NCBI GenBank assembly: GCA_951406725.2
Contig: OX597827.1
Location: forward strand, 68,386,001 to 68,450,000
Source: Octopus vulgaris
Taxonomy: Eukaryota
DNA: 64,000 nt
Direction of reading: 5' to 3'
The translations under genes were made by a program, and so were the position numbers. Positions 41,847-54,266 of the stretch are shown here, piece after piece; within the stretch, counting starts at the first letter, position 1, and each line of letters starts with the position of its first letter. Under the pieces are notes generated by a model. That model was not told the origin of the DNA. It worked only from the letters and a program-made list of their open reading frames with translations, and did not search any database.

Positions 41847-42636
41847 TAATAATAAAACTCTCATTAAAGAGATTTCTGTTCATTCTGTGTGTAAGATATT
41901 GCTGTCGACACATGTGGCTAATAGGTAAGTCGGTTCTGGTACGAGACACACACAAAGAAGATACGATAAATGGAATAAAGGAAAGACACATCCCACGCAA
42001 CAAATAATTGTTATAGGAAGGAAAGTCAAGTGAACGGATTCAATTTATGATCTATTTTCGGTTTTCGTCGCTTTGTCTCTCTCTATACTTAGATCTCAAC
42101 TTGCCTTTTGTCTTTATCGTTCTCTTCCTCTCCTCTTTTTTTCTCCACTTTTTTTTTCTTCGCTTTTTCCCCATTTCTCTCTTTCTCGCTCTCGTCTCTT
42201 TTCTCTTTCTCATTTTTTATATATCTGTGTAGAGTTTGTATGTGTGTATAGATACACACGTATATATATATATATATATATTATACACATACACACACCA
42301 ATATATACAAATATATATGTATATATATATGCATATATTTGTACATACATATGCATCTATATATATGTATATATATACATATATACATATATATAAGTAT
42401 ATATACATATATACCTATATAAATATGTATATATATGCATATATACATATATATATGTATATAAATATATATACACACATATATATATATATATATTCCA
42501 TATATACATATATATATGTATATAAATCCATATATACATATATCTATATATATACATACATACATATATACATATATGTATATAAATCCATATATACATA
42601 TATGTATATATATATATATACACACATATATACATA

Positions 42637-42668
<32 letters not shown>

Positions 42669-43243
42669 CATATATATACATATATATATACATATATATA
42701 TATGTATATAAATATATACATATATACATATATATATACATATATATTCACATATATACATACATATATTCACATATACACATACATATATATTCACATA
42801 TATATAAATGTGTGTGTATTTTTATATATATATATATATATACGCACACAAACACGTACACACATATCATCATATACATACGTCCAGGCCCTGACGTATA
42901 TTCAATTCCTCTGATAGTATTTCGTTCCTATCTTCTATTCATGCCCACCCAGTTCTCTCGTACCACTTCCTCTTCCGTTCGTCCTTTCAACAGCTCGACT
43001 CTCTCTTTCTCTCTCAACAATCGTGGCGCCCTAAACACTTCACCGCTCGCCCAATTATTCCTCAACAGGCATATGTTGGCCGCTTGCAACACACTGTCGA
43101 TCTCCCTCAGCTGATGTTTGGTGTGCAGGCCCTGATCGATCGATTTCTGCTAACGCTGAAGATAAGCGATGGGACGATCTGGAAACGACAAGGGCAGCGG
43201 ATCTTATTTAAGTACCTGATAAAAAAAAAATTAAACGTATATA

Positions 43244-43405
43244 GGCGCAGGAGTGGCTGTGTGGTAAGTAGCTTGTTTACCAACCACATGGTTCCGGGTT
43301 CAGTCCCACTGCGTGGCACCTTGGGCAAGTGTCTTCTACTATAGCCTCGGGCCGACGAAAGCCTTGTGAGTGGATTTGGTAGATGGAAAGTGAAAGAAGC
43401 CCGTC

Positions 43406-43463
<58 letters not shown>

Positions 43464-43660
43464 GTATGTGTGTGTATATGTTTGTGTGTTTGTGTTTGTC
43501 CCCCTAGCATTGCTTGACGACCGATGCTGGTGTGTTTATGTCCCCGTTACTTAGCGGTTCGGCAAAAGAATAAGTCCCGGGGTCGAGTTGCTCGATTAAA
43601 GGCGGTGCTCCAGCATGGCCGCAGTCAAATGACTGCAGCAAGTAAAAGAGTAAAAGAGAG
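43244..43660 (+). mobile_element. SINE family B
   Basis: Full structure. Confidence 0.85.
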
Positions 43661-43775
43661 AGTACTCCAATGCTCTCGAGGAATACGTATCTCTCATTGA
43701 ATCCCAGTGAAGAGAGAGAGAGCGAGAGAGAGAGAGCCTCTGTGCAGTTGATTTATGTGCTAGAAATAGTAGCCA

Positions 43776-44363
43776 AGGCGGTGAGGTGGCAGAAACGTTA
43801 GCAGGACGATCGAAATGCTTAGCGGTATTTCGTCTGCCGTTACGTTCTGAGTTCAAATTCCGCCAAGGTTGACTTTGCCTTTCATCCTTCGGGGTCGATA
43901 AATTAAGTACCAGTTACGCACTGGGGTCGATGTAATCGACTTAATCCGTTTGTCTGTCCTTGTTTGTCCTTTCTGTGTTTAGCCCCTTGTGGGTAGTAAG
44001 GAAATAGGTATTTAGTCTGTCTTTACGTTCTGAGTTCAAATTCGGCTGATGTCGACTTTGCCTTTCATCCTTTCGGAGTCGATAAATTAAGTACCAGTTA
44101 CGCACTGGGGTCGATATAATCGACTTAATCCATTTGTCTGTCCTTGTTTGTCCTCTTTGTGTTTAGCCCCTTGTAGGTAGTAAAGAAATAGGTATTTCAT
44201 CTGCCGTTACGTTCTGAGTTCAAATTTCTTTGCCTTTCATCCTTTTGGGGGTTGATAAATTAAGTACCAGTTACGCGCTAGGGTCGATGTAATCGTCTTA
44301 ATCCCTTTGTCTGTTCTTGTTTGTCTCCTCTACATTTGGCCCCTGGTGGGCAATAAAGAAATA
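43776..44363 (+). mobile_element. SINE family A head-to-tail trimer
   Basis: Same organisation as 792-1380; flanked by agaaatagtagccaag (43762-43777) and agaaatagtaggcaag (44364-44379). Confidence 0.85.
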
Positions 44364-44619
44364 AGAAATAGTAGGCAAGTATCGTTTAAGACACGAAATT
44401 TACAAAGTTGAGGTGAGATCAGCAACCGAGCGTTGATCTAGTATCTGATACAGTGTTCCTGAACTGCATCAGGTAAATGGTCACTTAGAAAAATAACTAC
44501 AGACTTCCGATTCAGACAATCATGAAGCATTCTTCGATTTGACAGCTATTCACATCAGTAGGAAAAAATATGGTTTCTAGACTACCGGAAGTGATCTTTG
44601 GCTCAATGGAACAATGATG

Positions 44620-44775
44620 GTGGCTGTGTGGTAGGTAGTTTGCTTACCAAGCGCATGGTTCCGGGTTCAGTCCCATTGCGTGGCGCCTTGTGCAAATCTC
44701 TTCTACTATAGCCTCGGGCCGACCAAAGCCTTGTGAGAGGATTTGATAGGCGGAAACTGAAAGAAGCCCGTCGTA

Positions 44776-44826
<51 letters not shown>

Positions 44827-45046
44827 GTATGTGTATATGTTTGTGTGTCTGTGTTTGTCCCCCCCACCAGTATCGCTTGACAACCGATGCTGGTGTGTTT
44901 ACCTCCCCGTAACTTAGCGGTTCGGCAAAAGAGACCGATAGAATAAGTACTAGCCTTCCAAAGAATAAGTCCTGGAGTCGATTTGCTCGACTAAAGGCGG
45001 TGCTTCACCATGGCCGCAGTCAAATGACTGCAACAAGTAAAAGAGT
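44620..45046 (+). mobile_element. SINE family B
   Basis: Full structure. Confidence 0.85.
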
Positions 45047-45058
45047 ATACAATCAGAC

Positions 45059-45120
<62 letters not shown>

Positions 45121-45712
45121 ATTCATGCATGCAAACAAATACACCCAACTCCCTTCAAAGGTATACAAATATATACCTAAACTGCCACATGTCCGACACA
45201 CCTCCATTACCACCATCACAATCACCAGCACCCGAGAAAGCTGTTATATGGGACAATCGTTTCGGGTTAATGGTTTTCCGTATCATGCTCGCGGTTTGCT
45301 TTCAACGGTTGAAAAGAATGTCTGAAATTAGCCATTCCAGCGCGTTTATGATGAAGGACCACAACGAATTAGAACTGAAAGGTAGTGAAATAGAGACCCT
45401 TGTAATGTGTTCTGTTGCGTGTTGGTGAGTACGTTGTGTATGTGTTTGTTTGTTTGGGACTTGTTTGTGTCTGTCTGTGTGTGTGTGGGGGGGGGGGGTA
45501 TCTTAGATGTAGGCTTTAGAACCGGCCCTAATCCCCTATTTCAAACCAATTAATCGCCAATATCTATTGTATAGAGGTTATTGACTTGCATCGGATATTT
45601 GGCTAGGTTCACAGCGCAGTATATGGTTTGGGCATTGCGTATTTGTATAAATACAATGCTCTCTCTCTCTTCTCTCTCTCTCTCTCTGTATTTATGTATG
45701 TATGCATGTATG

Positions 45713-45761
<49 letters not shown>

Positions 45762-45791
45762 TTGTATGTGTGTGTGTGTGTGTGTGTGTGT

Positions 45792-46056
45792 GGAGGCACA
45801 ATGGTCCAGTGGGTAGGGCAGCGGACTCGCAGTCGTAGGATCGCGGTTTCGATTCCCGGGCGTTGTGTGTGTTTATTGAGCGAAAACACCTAAAAGCTCC
45901 ACGAGGCTCCGGCAGGGGGTGGTGATCCCTGCTGTACTCTTTCTCCCACTCTTTCTCTCTTTCTTCTGTTGGCCTGCTCGCTTAGCCAGCGGGGTGGCGT
46001 CGTTCGAAGTCTACAACAATGCGAACGCATTGTGACCAGCGATGTGTAGCAATATC

Positions 46057-46057
<1 letters not shown>
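45792..46057 (+). mobile_element. SINE, head C + tail iii
   Basis: C head followed by a distinct ctgctcgcttagccagcgggg...gcattgtgaccagcgatgtgtagc tail. Confidence 0.75.
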
Positions 46058-46088
<31 letters not shown>

Positions 46089-46394
46089 AAGAGAGAGAAA
46101 GAGAGAGGCTCGCAATAACCCAGTGGTTAGGGTAGCGAACTCGCGGTCGTAGGATCGTGGTTTCGATTCCCAGACCTGGCATTGTGAGTGTTAGGGATCT
46201 TTCTAGTGTGATGAATCCCAAGAGTGGATTCCTTATGCGTTTAAATGTTATCTGTATTTTATGAGTAATACATAGTTTTGGGATTAAATTTCTACCCGCT
46301 AGGCCACATTTCTCTTCCATATGATTAAGTATATATATATACACTCACATATAACTATATACATATATAATTATACTGTATATAATTGTTCCTT

Positions 46395-46633
46395 CCCGAG
46401 CCATCGACTCATAAGGCCGGTTTCCCGTATTCTGTGGTATATACATATAAGACTGCATGGACGGGAGACCGGTCTGTTGCAAGTTTACTCGGTTTTGCCA
46501 GCTGAGAGGACTAGAGCAACATGAAATGAAGTGTTTTGGTCAAGAATACAACACATCACTTGATCTGGGAATCGAAACAACAATTTAACGCTCATCAGTG
46601 TAAATCTGTTACCACTAAGGCATGCGCTTCCAC
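46395..46633 (-). mobile_element. Degenerate SINE, head D + tail i
   Basis: Minus strand: D-type head/CORE, then gagtaaacttgcaacagaccggtctcccgtcca...ccacagaatacgggaaaccggccttatgag. Confidence 0.6.
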
Positions 46634-46749
46634 AATATTAGATATAAGAAGTCTGTGGTTTTTTTTTATAAGGAATGGACTGATAATGGTCGAATTGTTT
46701 TTGATCGTAGTGTTGCATAATCAGTGTTGAACTGACCGAATTTAACTAT

Positions 46750-46956
46750 AACGATTATGTATGGAAAAATGGAGACCACCTCCCCCTGTGGGATGAAGTT
46801 AAAATAATAGACAGAGAACACCATTGGAAAATACGAAAACTAAAAGAAGCAGCACGTGTGCTAGGACACAACAACCTCCTAATCAGACCGAGTGCAGATA
46901 TGAATAGCATATGGGAACCGGTATTAAGGAAGGATAAGAAACTATCAGATTTATAA
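46750..46956 (+). pseudogene. Penelope-like element ORF C-terminus (end of the GIY-YIG endonuclease region)
   Basis: Open frame translated by hand: NDYVWKNGDHLPLWDEVKIIDREHHWKIRKLKEAARVLGHNNLLIRPSADMNSIWEPVLRKDKKLSDL*. It matches the H...W.EVKI.DRE..W..RK.KEA...IW.P.L pattern of Penelope/Poseidon C-termini. Not in the ORF track. Confidence 0.78.
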
Positions 46957-46980
46957 GACCCTAAAATTCAGTCCGTAATT

Positions 46981-47238
46981 GCCCACAGGCATATGGCATA
47001 GTGGTTAAGAGCGCAGGCTACTAACCAAAAGATTCCGAGTTTGATTCCAAGCAGTGACTTGAATAATAATAATAACAGGTTCGAAATTTCCCCAATACAC
47101 CTGATGAAGGCTGGAGGGTATATCAGCCGAAACGCTGTGTTAACATCAAACAAGATGAGGACAAATATCCTTCAAATGTAAACTATGTAAATATTGTAAA
47201 TAATGTACATAATTCCTCATCTCTTAAATATAAAACTG
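46981..47238 (+). mobile_element. Family E unit as the 3' UTR/pLTR of the Penelope fragment
   Basis: Starts 24 bp after the stop codon: tRNA-like head, short (AAT)n, CTGATGA at 47101 and GAAA at 47129. Confidence 0.82.
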
Positions 47239-48132
47239 AACGACAACAAAACCAACCTAACTAGTTGTATATTGTATGTGTTGGATACAGACCTATGTAT
47301 AAATTAAAATTTGGATTCACAAGTCTTAAGAATCTGCGGTATCTTTCATTGCAATCATATATTCTCCTCTTAATAGCAGGCGTCTGACTGAGCTGCTAAC
47401 AGCGCAATACAGCTCATATAACCAGAACAACATCTCTGTATTTACATGAAACAGATGCACAGACTTCTTTAAAAGAATGGCCTCAAACTGATTGCCGAAG
47501 ACTGACTCACCGAGACACCAAAATCACTGGACTGCCTGTTTATGCCTTGTTTCTTTTCTTTCTTTTGTATCCCACAGCTATAATTGCGTCGAACTCCTAC
47601 CACTTAGAAAACCACATTCAGTCAAGCCCTTTGTATGCCTAACCTATCATTTTTACACCATCCCTACTGTGACAGTCTACTCAATCTCGCCCCCTACACA
47701 AAACTATAGTCTTCTGAAATATCTTCGAAACCCACGCGTTATTCTTCTTGTCAACCAACGGCAAACAGAAGCTAATACTGAACGCCCACCTCATAACCAC
47801 ACCTAAGAGATCCTGTAGCCGTCATTAGACATATATTGCTCCACTTATGACTAAAAGCAATTTTTTTTTCGTTTTTGGAAAAATTTATGATACAACATTG
47901 ATAAACCTTGCTCTCAAGTACTTCCTACGACACAATGCTAGAATATCGAAAGCTTGAATAGGATGTTTCTCGTGCACGTAGGCAAGAATTCAGTCATAGA
48001 TATTCGGGGGAATCTTTGTCTCACGACCATACTGGTTCCTTTTCTCTCGTTCTTCAACCATTCCTACAACAACCTTAGCTCCAACACCCACTAACTTCTA
48101 CCTACCACACCTAATTAAATGCAGTCAATACT

Positions 48133-48343
48133 ATATTTACATTATTTACATTTGACGATATTTGTCCGCATCCTGTTTATTGTTAGCACAACGTTTCGGC
48201 TGATATACCCTCCTGCCTTCATCAGATTATTATTATTATTATTATCATTATTATTATTATTCAGGTCACTGCCTGGAATCGAACACTGAATCTTGGGGTT
48301 AGTAGCTCGCGCTCTTAACCACTATGCCATATGTCCGTGGGCA

Positions 48344-48374
<31 letters not shown>

Positions 48375-48588
48375 AAGAAGAAGAAGAAGAAGAAGAAGAA
48401 GAAGAAACAACATCGAAAAATACCTTAGAAATGAGAACCCAGGTTCGAAATTTCCCCAAGACACCTGATGAAGGCTGGAGAGTATATCAGCCGAAACGTT
48501 GTGTTAACAACAAACAAGGACAAATATCCGTCAATTGTAAATAATGTAAATAATGTACATAATTCCTCATCTCTTAAATATAGAACTG
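48133..48588. mobile_element. Family E composite: inverted copy (-) + (GAA)n + direct tail (+) with an intact hammerhead at 48460-48505
   Basis: gacac-CTGATGA-a-ggctg gagagtatat cagcc-GAAA-cg-TT-gtgtt. Flanked by gcagtcaatact (48121-48132) and gcaatcaatact (48588-48599). Confidence 0.8.
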
Positions 48589-48599
48589 CAATCAATACT

Positions 48600-48988
48600 G
48601 TTACATATTGTTATTCACTTGTTCTTTCACATCATTCGTGTTTATAACAATATTCCTTTGTTTCTTTCCTCCTTGTAATTCTGTCTTGATAGTCCCTATC
48701 CGCTTTGCATCCCTTTTATGCACCACATTGTTTTCCCATAATCCGCTCCAGAACTCTTTGGCTTGATTTGCATCAGGAGCAACATTTTCCCCATTCGATG
48801 CAGTACCAGATAGGTTCATGCATTCCATAATCCAAGAATGTGGGATCGTATCGTACGCTTTACTATAATCGATCTATGACATGGCTAAGTTGATTTTCCT
48901 CCTCTTGCAGCCACTAAGTACAGTTTTGTCAATCAGGAGTTGATCTTTGGTACCTCTGTACTTACGCTTGCAACCCTTCTGCTCATCA
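48600..48988 (-). mobile_element. Dong/R4-like RT fragment (rearranged)
   Basis: Minus strand: [54 protein letters not shown], then APD...KEFWSGLWENNVVH. Confidence 0.85.
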
Positions 48989-49116
48989 TAATCAGCATTA
49001 TTATTAGTTCAAATTCCACCGGGATCGATAAATTATTAAGTACCAGAGAAACACTGGGTCGATGTTATCGACTAGTCCCCTCTCCCCAAATTTGAGGCCT
49101 TGTGCCTCCAGTAGAA

Positions 49117-49155
<39 letters not shown>

Positions 49156-49465
49156 GGAGGCGCAATGGCCCAGTGGTTAGGGCAGCGGACTCGCGGTCGG
49201 AGAATCGCGGTTTCGATTCCCAGACCAAGCATTGTGCGTGTTTATTCAGCGAAAATACCTAGAGCTCCACGAGACTCCGGCAGGGGGTGGTGGCGACCCC
49301 TGTTGTACTCTTTCGCCCCAACTTTCTCTCACTCTTTCTTCCTGTTTCTTGAGTAACGCTGCGATGGACTGGCGTCCCGTCCAGCTGGGGGGAACACATA
49401 CGCCACAGAAACCGGGAAACTGGGCCCATGAGCCTGGCTAGGCTTGAAAAGAGCGCATAAATAAA
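49156..49465 (+). mobile_element. SINE, head C + tail i
   Basis: Homologous to 3511-3823. Confidence 0.82.
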
Positions 49466-50296
49466 TTATTTTTATTAGTTCAAATTCCACCGAGGTCGAC
49501 TTTAAATCTTGGCTCACGGTCGTGAGGCCATGAGTTCGATTCCTGGCAGCGCGTGGCGTCCTTGCGCAAGTCACTTTATTTCACTTTGTTCCACGCCACT
49601 CGGCTGACAAATTTCAATTGTACCTGTAATTCAAAGGGCCAGCCTTCTCACGTTCTGTGCCACGCTGAATCTCCCAGAGAATTGCGTTTAGAGCACACAT
49701 GTCAGTGAAGTGCTCCACTAAAATTGCACGTTAATTTAACGAGCAGGGTGTTTCATTGATTTGGATCGACTGGAACCCTCGTCGTAACCGATGGAGTGCC
49801 AATAATAAAGATAGGAAACAAAATAACCAATCACAGAGAACGGCGTAGTGTAAGTAAGAAATAGAAGAGAGAAAAAGAGAGATAAGTGAGAGGGAGAGTG
49901 ACAAAAAGAGTGAGAAAGAGAAGAGTTAGGGAGAGAGGCACTTCATGTGAGACAGCTTTAGCAAGAGGCTACGTATAGAAGGGAATCATTAGTCTTTGTA
50001 AAAGATGTGCTAAAATCTAGGTTGATTGACGTTCAAATTTTCCTGTTCGTAGGATAAAGCTGCGTGACTAATAGAGCTATATGCGGCCAGTTTCAGATTT
50101 CAACACGTTCGTCAGATCTATGAAGCGAACCGACGACTCGCCATGCGCAAAAGGGAATCGTACCTACTAGAACGAGACACGAATATATTTACATTATATA
50201 TATATATGTATATATAAAGATATAAAGAGAGAAAGAGAGAGATAAGATATCCCTCCAAACTCACTTTTGTGTGTGTGTGTGTATATATACTCTATA

Positions 50297-50582
50297 CTCT
50301 TTTACTTGTTTCAGTCATTTTACTGTGACCATGCTGGAGCACTGCCTTTTAGTCGAGCAAATCGACACATCACCATCGGTTGTCAAGCGATGTTGGAGGA
50401 CAAACACATACATATATACGACGGGCTTCTTTCAGTTTCCGTCTACCAAATCCACTCACAAGGCTTTGGTCGGCCCGATGTTATTGTAGAAGACACTTGT
50501 CCAATGTGCCACGCAGTAGGACTGAACTCGGAACCATGTGGTTCGTTAGCAAGCTGCTTACCACACAGCCACTCCTACGCCT
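50297..50582 (-). mobile_element. SINE family B (internally deleted)
   Basis: Reverse copy. Confidence 0.8.
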
Positions 50583-50725
50583 ATACGTATATATATAAAA
50601 TTTAAAATATTGCATTTATAAATCTCTCAGCACCGCAATAAAATGATGCTTTGTTGCCAACTTAATGTGGCAGTCCCAGGAAAGGGAAGAATGTTACTGC
50701 TATTTAGCCCCAGGAAACACCGTTT

Positions 50726-50766
50726 CCAGACTGATGAAGAGCAATGACTCTGAAACTAGTCTCTGG
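50726..50766 (+). ncRNA. Minimal type I hammerhead ribozyme motif (Penelope-type)
   Basis: ccaga-CTGATGA-agag caatga ctct-GAAA-ctag-TC-tctgg: intact core, 5-bp stem I, 4-bp stem II, palindromic stem III, GUC site. Confidence 0.8.
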
Positions 50767-51094
50767 CTGCTGGCTTTGCTGGGTGGATGTGCTTATCTCC
50801 CCTGTTCGAAAACTTATGGACACACAATGGTTATGTCACATAGCCAGCTGGAAACGATGTCTCTTGGAGATAAATAGCAGTAAAATTCTTCCCTTTCCTG
50901 GGACTGCCACATTAAGTTGATAACAAGCCATCACTTTATCGCGGTGCTACTGTATAAGTCCCTCTGAGAGATTTAGAAATGCCATATTTCTAATTTTGTA
51001 GATCAGTGAATTTATTTCACTTGAAATTCTTTTTCAAGTGAAAAAAAATTTTGAAAAGGCGAATACGTATCGACAGCTAGCAAGCCAAGCTACA

Positions 51095-51135
51095 CCAGAC
51101 TGATGAGGAGCTATGACTCTGAAATTCGTCTCTGG
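51095..51135 (+). ncRNA. Second tandem copy of the hammerhead motif
   Basis: ccaga-CTGATGA-ggag ctatga ctct-GAAA-ttcg-TC-tctgg; the following ~60 bp also match the first copy. Confidence 0.72.
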
Positions 51136-51403
51136 AAGCTGGCTTTGCTGAGTGGAGGTGCTTATCTCCTCTGTTTGAAAACTTAAGGACACAGAACCAC
51201 CACCTAATATATATCTTAGAATGTTTGGAGATGATGTACAGTTATTATATATTAGAAGAAATGAGGTACTCTCTGGTGGAGTTGTCAACTCCACTAGAGT
51301 GGACGAAAGCGCTAATACATGATATATGATTTATAAAAACATGTAACATACTAATAAATATCTGTAAATATAAAACCATCCAGATTTCTGAGTACCTCAT
51401 TTC

Positions 51404-51443
<40 letters not shown>

Positions 51444-51607
51444 TTTATTATATAGAAGGAGTTCTACAGGACTAGAACTGTTGAAGATTTCTCTTGATGA
51501 AACAGTTCTAGTCCTGTAGAAGCTCCTTCTATATAATAAATTAATTTTACTCTGCTATGTATTGAGTACCTTATTTACTGTGGTTAACCCCGAATCAACC
51601 CGGGACC

Positions 51608-51645
<38 letters not shown>

Positions 51646-51774
51646 TAGATTTTGCATAGGTATTGCGGATATGTTTATGAAGGAGCAATTTTTTAATGCG
51701 TTCATACATACGCATACACATACATGAACGTATGTGTATGCATGCATGTACGTATTTAAATTTGCATATACACA

Positions 51775-51818
<44 letters not shown>

Positions 51819-52130
51819 AACATGCCTTCGTCTTAATATAGCTATGTATATGATTATTTTGTGTATATGCATCTGAATATATATATATGTGTATGTGTGT
51901 GTATGTATATGTATATATATATGCGTGTGTGTGTGTGTATGTATGTAAATATGTGTGTATAGATATGTATATATATGTGTGTATGTATGTATATATGTGT
52001 GTATGTATATATAAATGTGTGTATGTCTATATACATATATATATATATACAGTATATAAATACAATAAATGCACACACACATAAACACACATACATTCTA
52101 AGAGGTGCGCACATACCAGCTCACTTACAC

Positions 52131-52188
<58 letters not shown>

Positions 52189-53087
52189 TGTTTGTGGTGT
52201 GTGTGTGTTTGATATACATATATGTGCGCGCGCGTAAGTGTGTGTATGTGTGTGTGTGATGTGTGTGTGTGTGATTATATCAATCTATGTAAGCAATTTC
52301 CATTGAACCATAAACATTGGCAACACCTGCAAATAGCGGCAAATTAATCTGTGTATGTCATATGCAGTTTTAGCACGAACGCTTACCGTCAATTTGCACA
52401 CCGCATTCATATATAGACATTGGTATTTGGTGCTGATGTAGAGGTATAAAAAGCCGGATTCCAAAATTCTAGCTCTGGTTTCAAGGAATGTTATTACGAT
52501 GTTTCTAAATTAATATCGCTTCGACATTAGGAAATGAGGCTGCATGGCCTAGTGGTTAGTGAGTTGCTTGCTTGATCGCAATGCTAACTATATTGGATAG
52601 CGGGTTCGAATTCTGAGCGCGGATTTTCCTTGTATGAAGTGGGTTTTTTAGTCGAAGAAATCGACCCCAGGACTTATTCTTTCTAAGATTAGTACTTATT
52701 CTGTCCGTCCCTTTCGCCGAACCGCTATTTTACGGGGGACGTAAACACACCAACATTGCTTGTCAAGCGGTGGTAGAGTGACAGACATAAAAAAAATATT
52801 ATAGGTTTCCCGTTTTGGGGGATTCTGTATTTTTATTATTGTGTGGAAAAAAAATTAATTTTGAACGTTGTAGGCTTTGTTGTTACGTCTCGCCCCCCAG
52901 CGGGCGTGGGATTTGAACTGTTGTCCTCGTTGAGAGAAGAAAAAAAGTAAAAAATTATAGGTTTCCCATTTTCTGGGATTAAATTGTGTATAAATTTATT
53001 TCGAACGATTATGTCGGTCGAAATAATTCAAGAAACAAACCAGCTGCATGAGCCAGCAAAAAAGTTCGCGGCAGTAGCCACTGTATG

Positions 53088-53504
53088 CTCTTTTACTCTT
53101 TTACATGTCACAGTCATTTGACAGCGGCCATGCTGGAGCACCGCCTTTTAATCGAGCAAATCGACCCCGGGCCTTATTCTTTGTAAGCACAGTACTTATT
53201 CTATCGGTCTCTTTTGCCGAATCGCTAAGTGACGGGGACGTAAGCACACCAGCATCGGTTGTCAAGCAATGCTAGGGGGATAAACACAGACACACAAACA
53301 CACACACATACACACACATATATATATATATACATATATACGACAGGCTTCTTTCAGTTTCCGTCTACCAAATCCACTCACAAAGCATTGGCCGGCCCGG
53401 GGCTATAGCAGAAGACACTTGCCCAATATGTGACGCAGTGGGACTGAACCCGGAACCATGTGGTTGGTTAGCAAGCTACTCACCACACAGCCACTCGTGC
53501 GCCT
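53088..53504 (-). mobile_element. SINE family B
   Basis: Full-length reverse copy. Confidence 0.85.
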
Positions 53505-54266
53505 ATGTATCGTGTAAAAATGTTGTAATACAAACGGAGAAACTCTCCGAGCTTTTAGTGAGAATGAAAGAGGAGGGTGGGGATATACAGATCTCCCCTA
53601 GTGTTTGAAATATGAAGAGAAGGACAGTCGTTTACAAAACGTACTGTCCTTCATCGAAAAAATTTAAGCACTTCGAAAAGTGCGAAATAGAAAAATGCCT
53701 GGTCCCTACATGGAAAGTTATAAAATACATAGCGAGGGGCCGGGCATATGGAACAATAGAGGGATCTTTTCACTTTGGCCAGCAGCTTTTAAAAATAATT
53801 TATTTGTAACTAAACACTTTTAAACTTCGTATACTGGTAGAATGTGTTACACAAAACATCTTTTTCTCTTGGCTTTCTTGAAAAAACTCTGTAGTTTGTA
53901 AGCTATTTGTTGTTATATTTCTTGCATTTCGGCAATTTCAACCAATCAATGACGGCTATTGAGGTGAATACAATTACTGCTGTAGTATAACAACAACAAT
54001 TTCCTGCGGTGTCAACTCAGTTTTTCACTGTTATTTATGACATATTTCATATCAGTTACGTTCGTATGAATAAAAGATTATCGTCATTAAACTTTTATTA
54101 TATGCTGTGAACATATTCTAAGTTCACAACATATGCAGTTTTAATTTCCCACTCCGTTGCACAGATACACACATTACATATTATATATTCGTTTAAGAAA
54201 CAGTTTCGGTTCATTTACATTTCTGAAGAAAAAAGATACCCTTCCCCCACCCCCACCCCTAATCCC

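Noticed and set aside
42880-43200. GC-richer unique stretch as an exon or LINE end
   Set aside because: No convincing frame, splice pair or family motif.
53612-53760. VVYK..CP / WKVI...AY peptide as a GIY-YIG remnant
   Set aside because: Similarity too weak and short to support.
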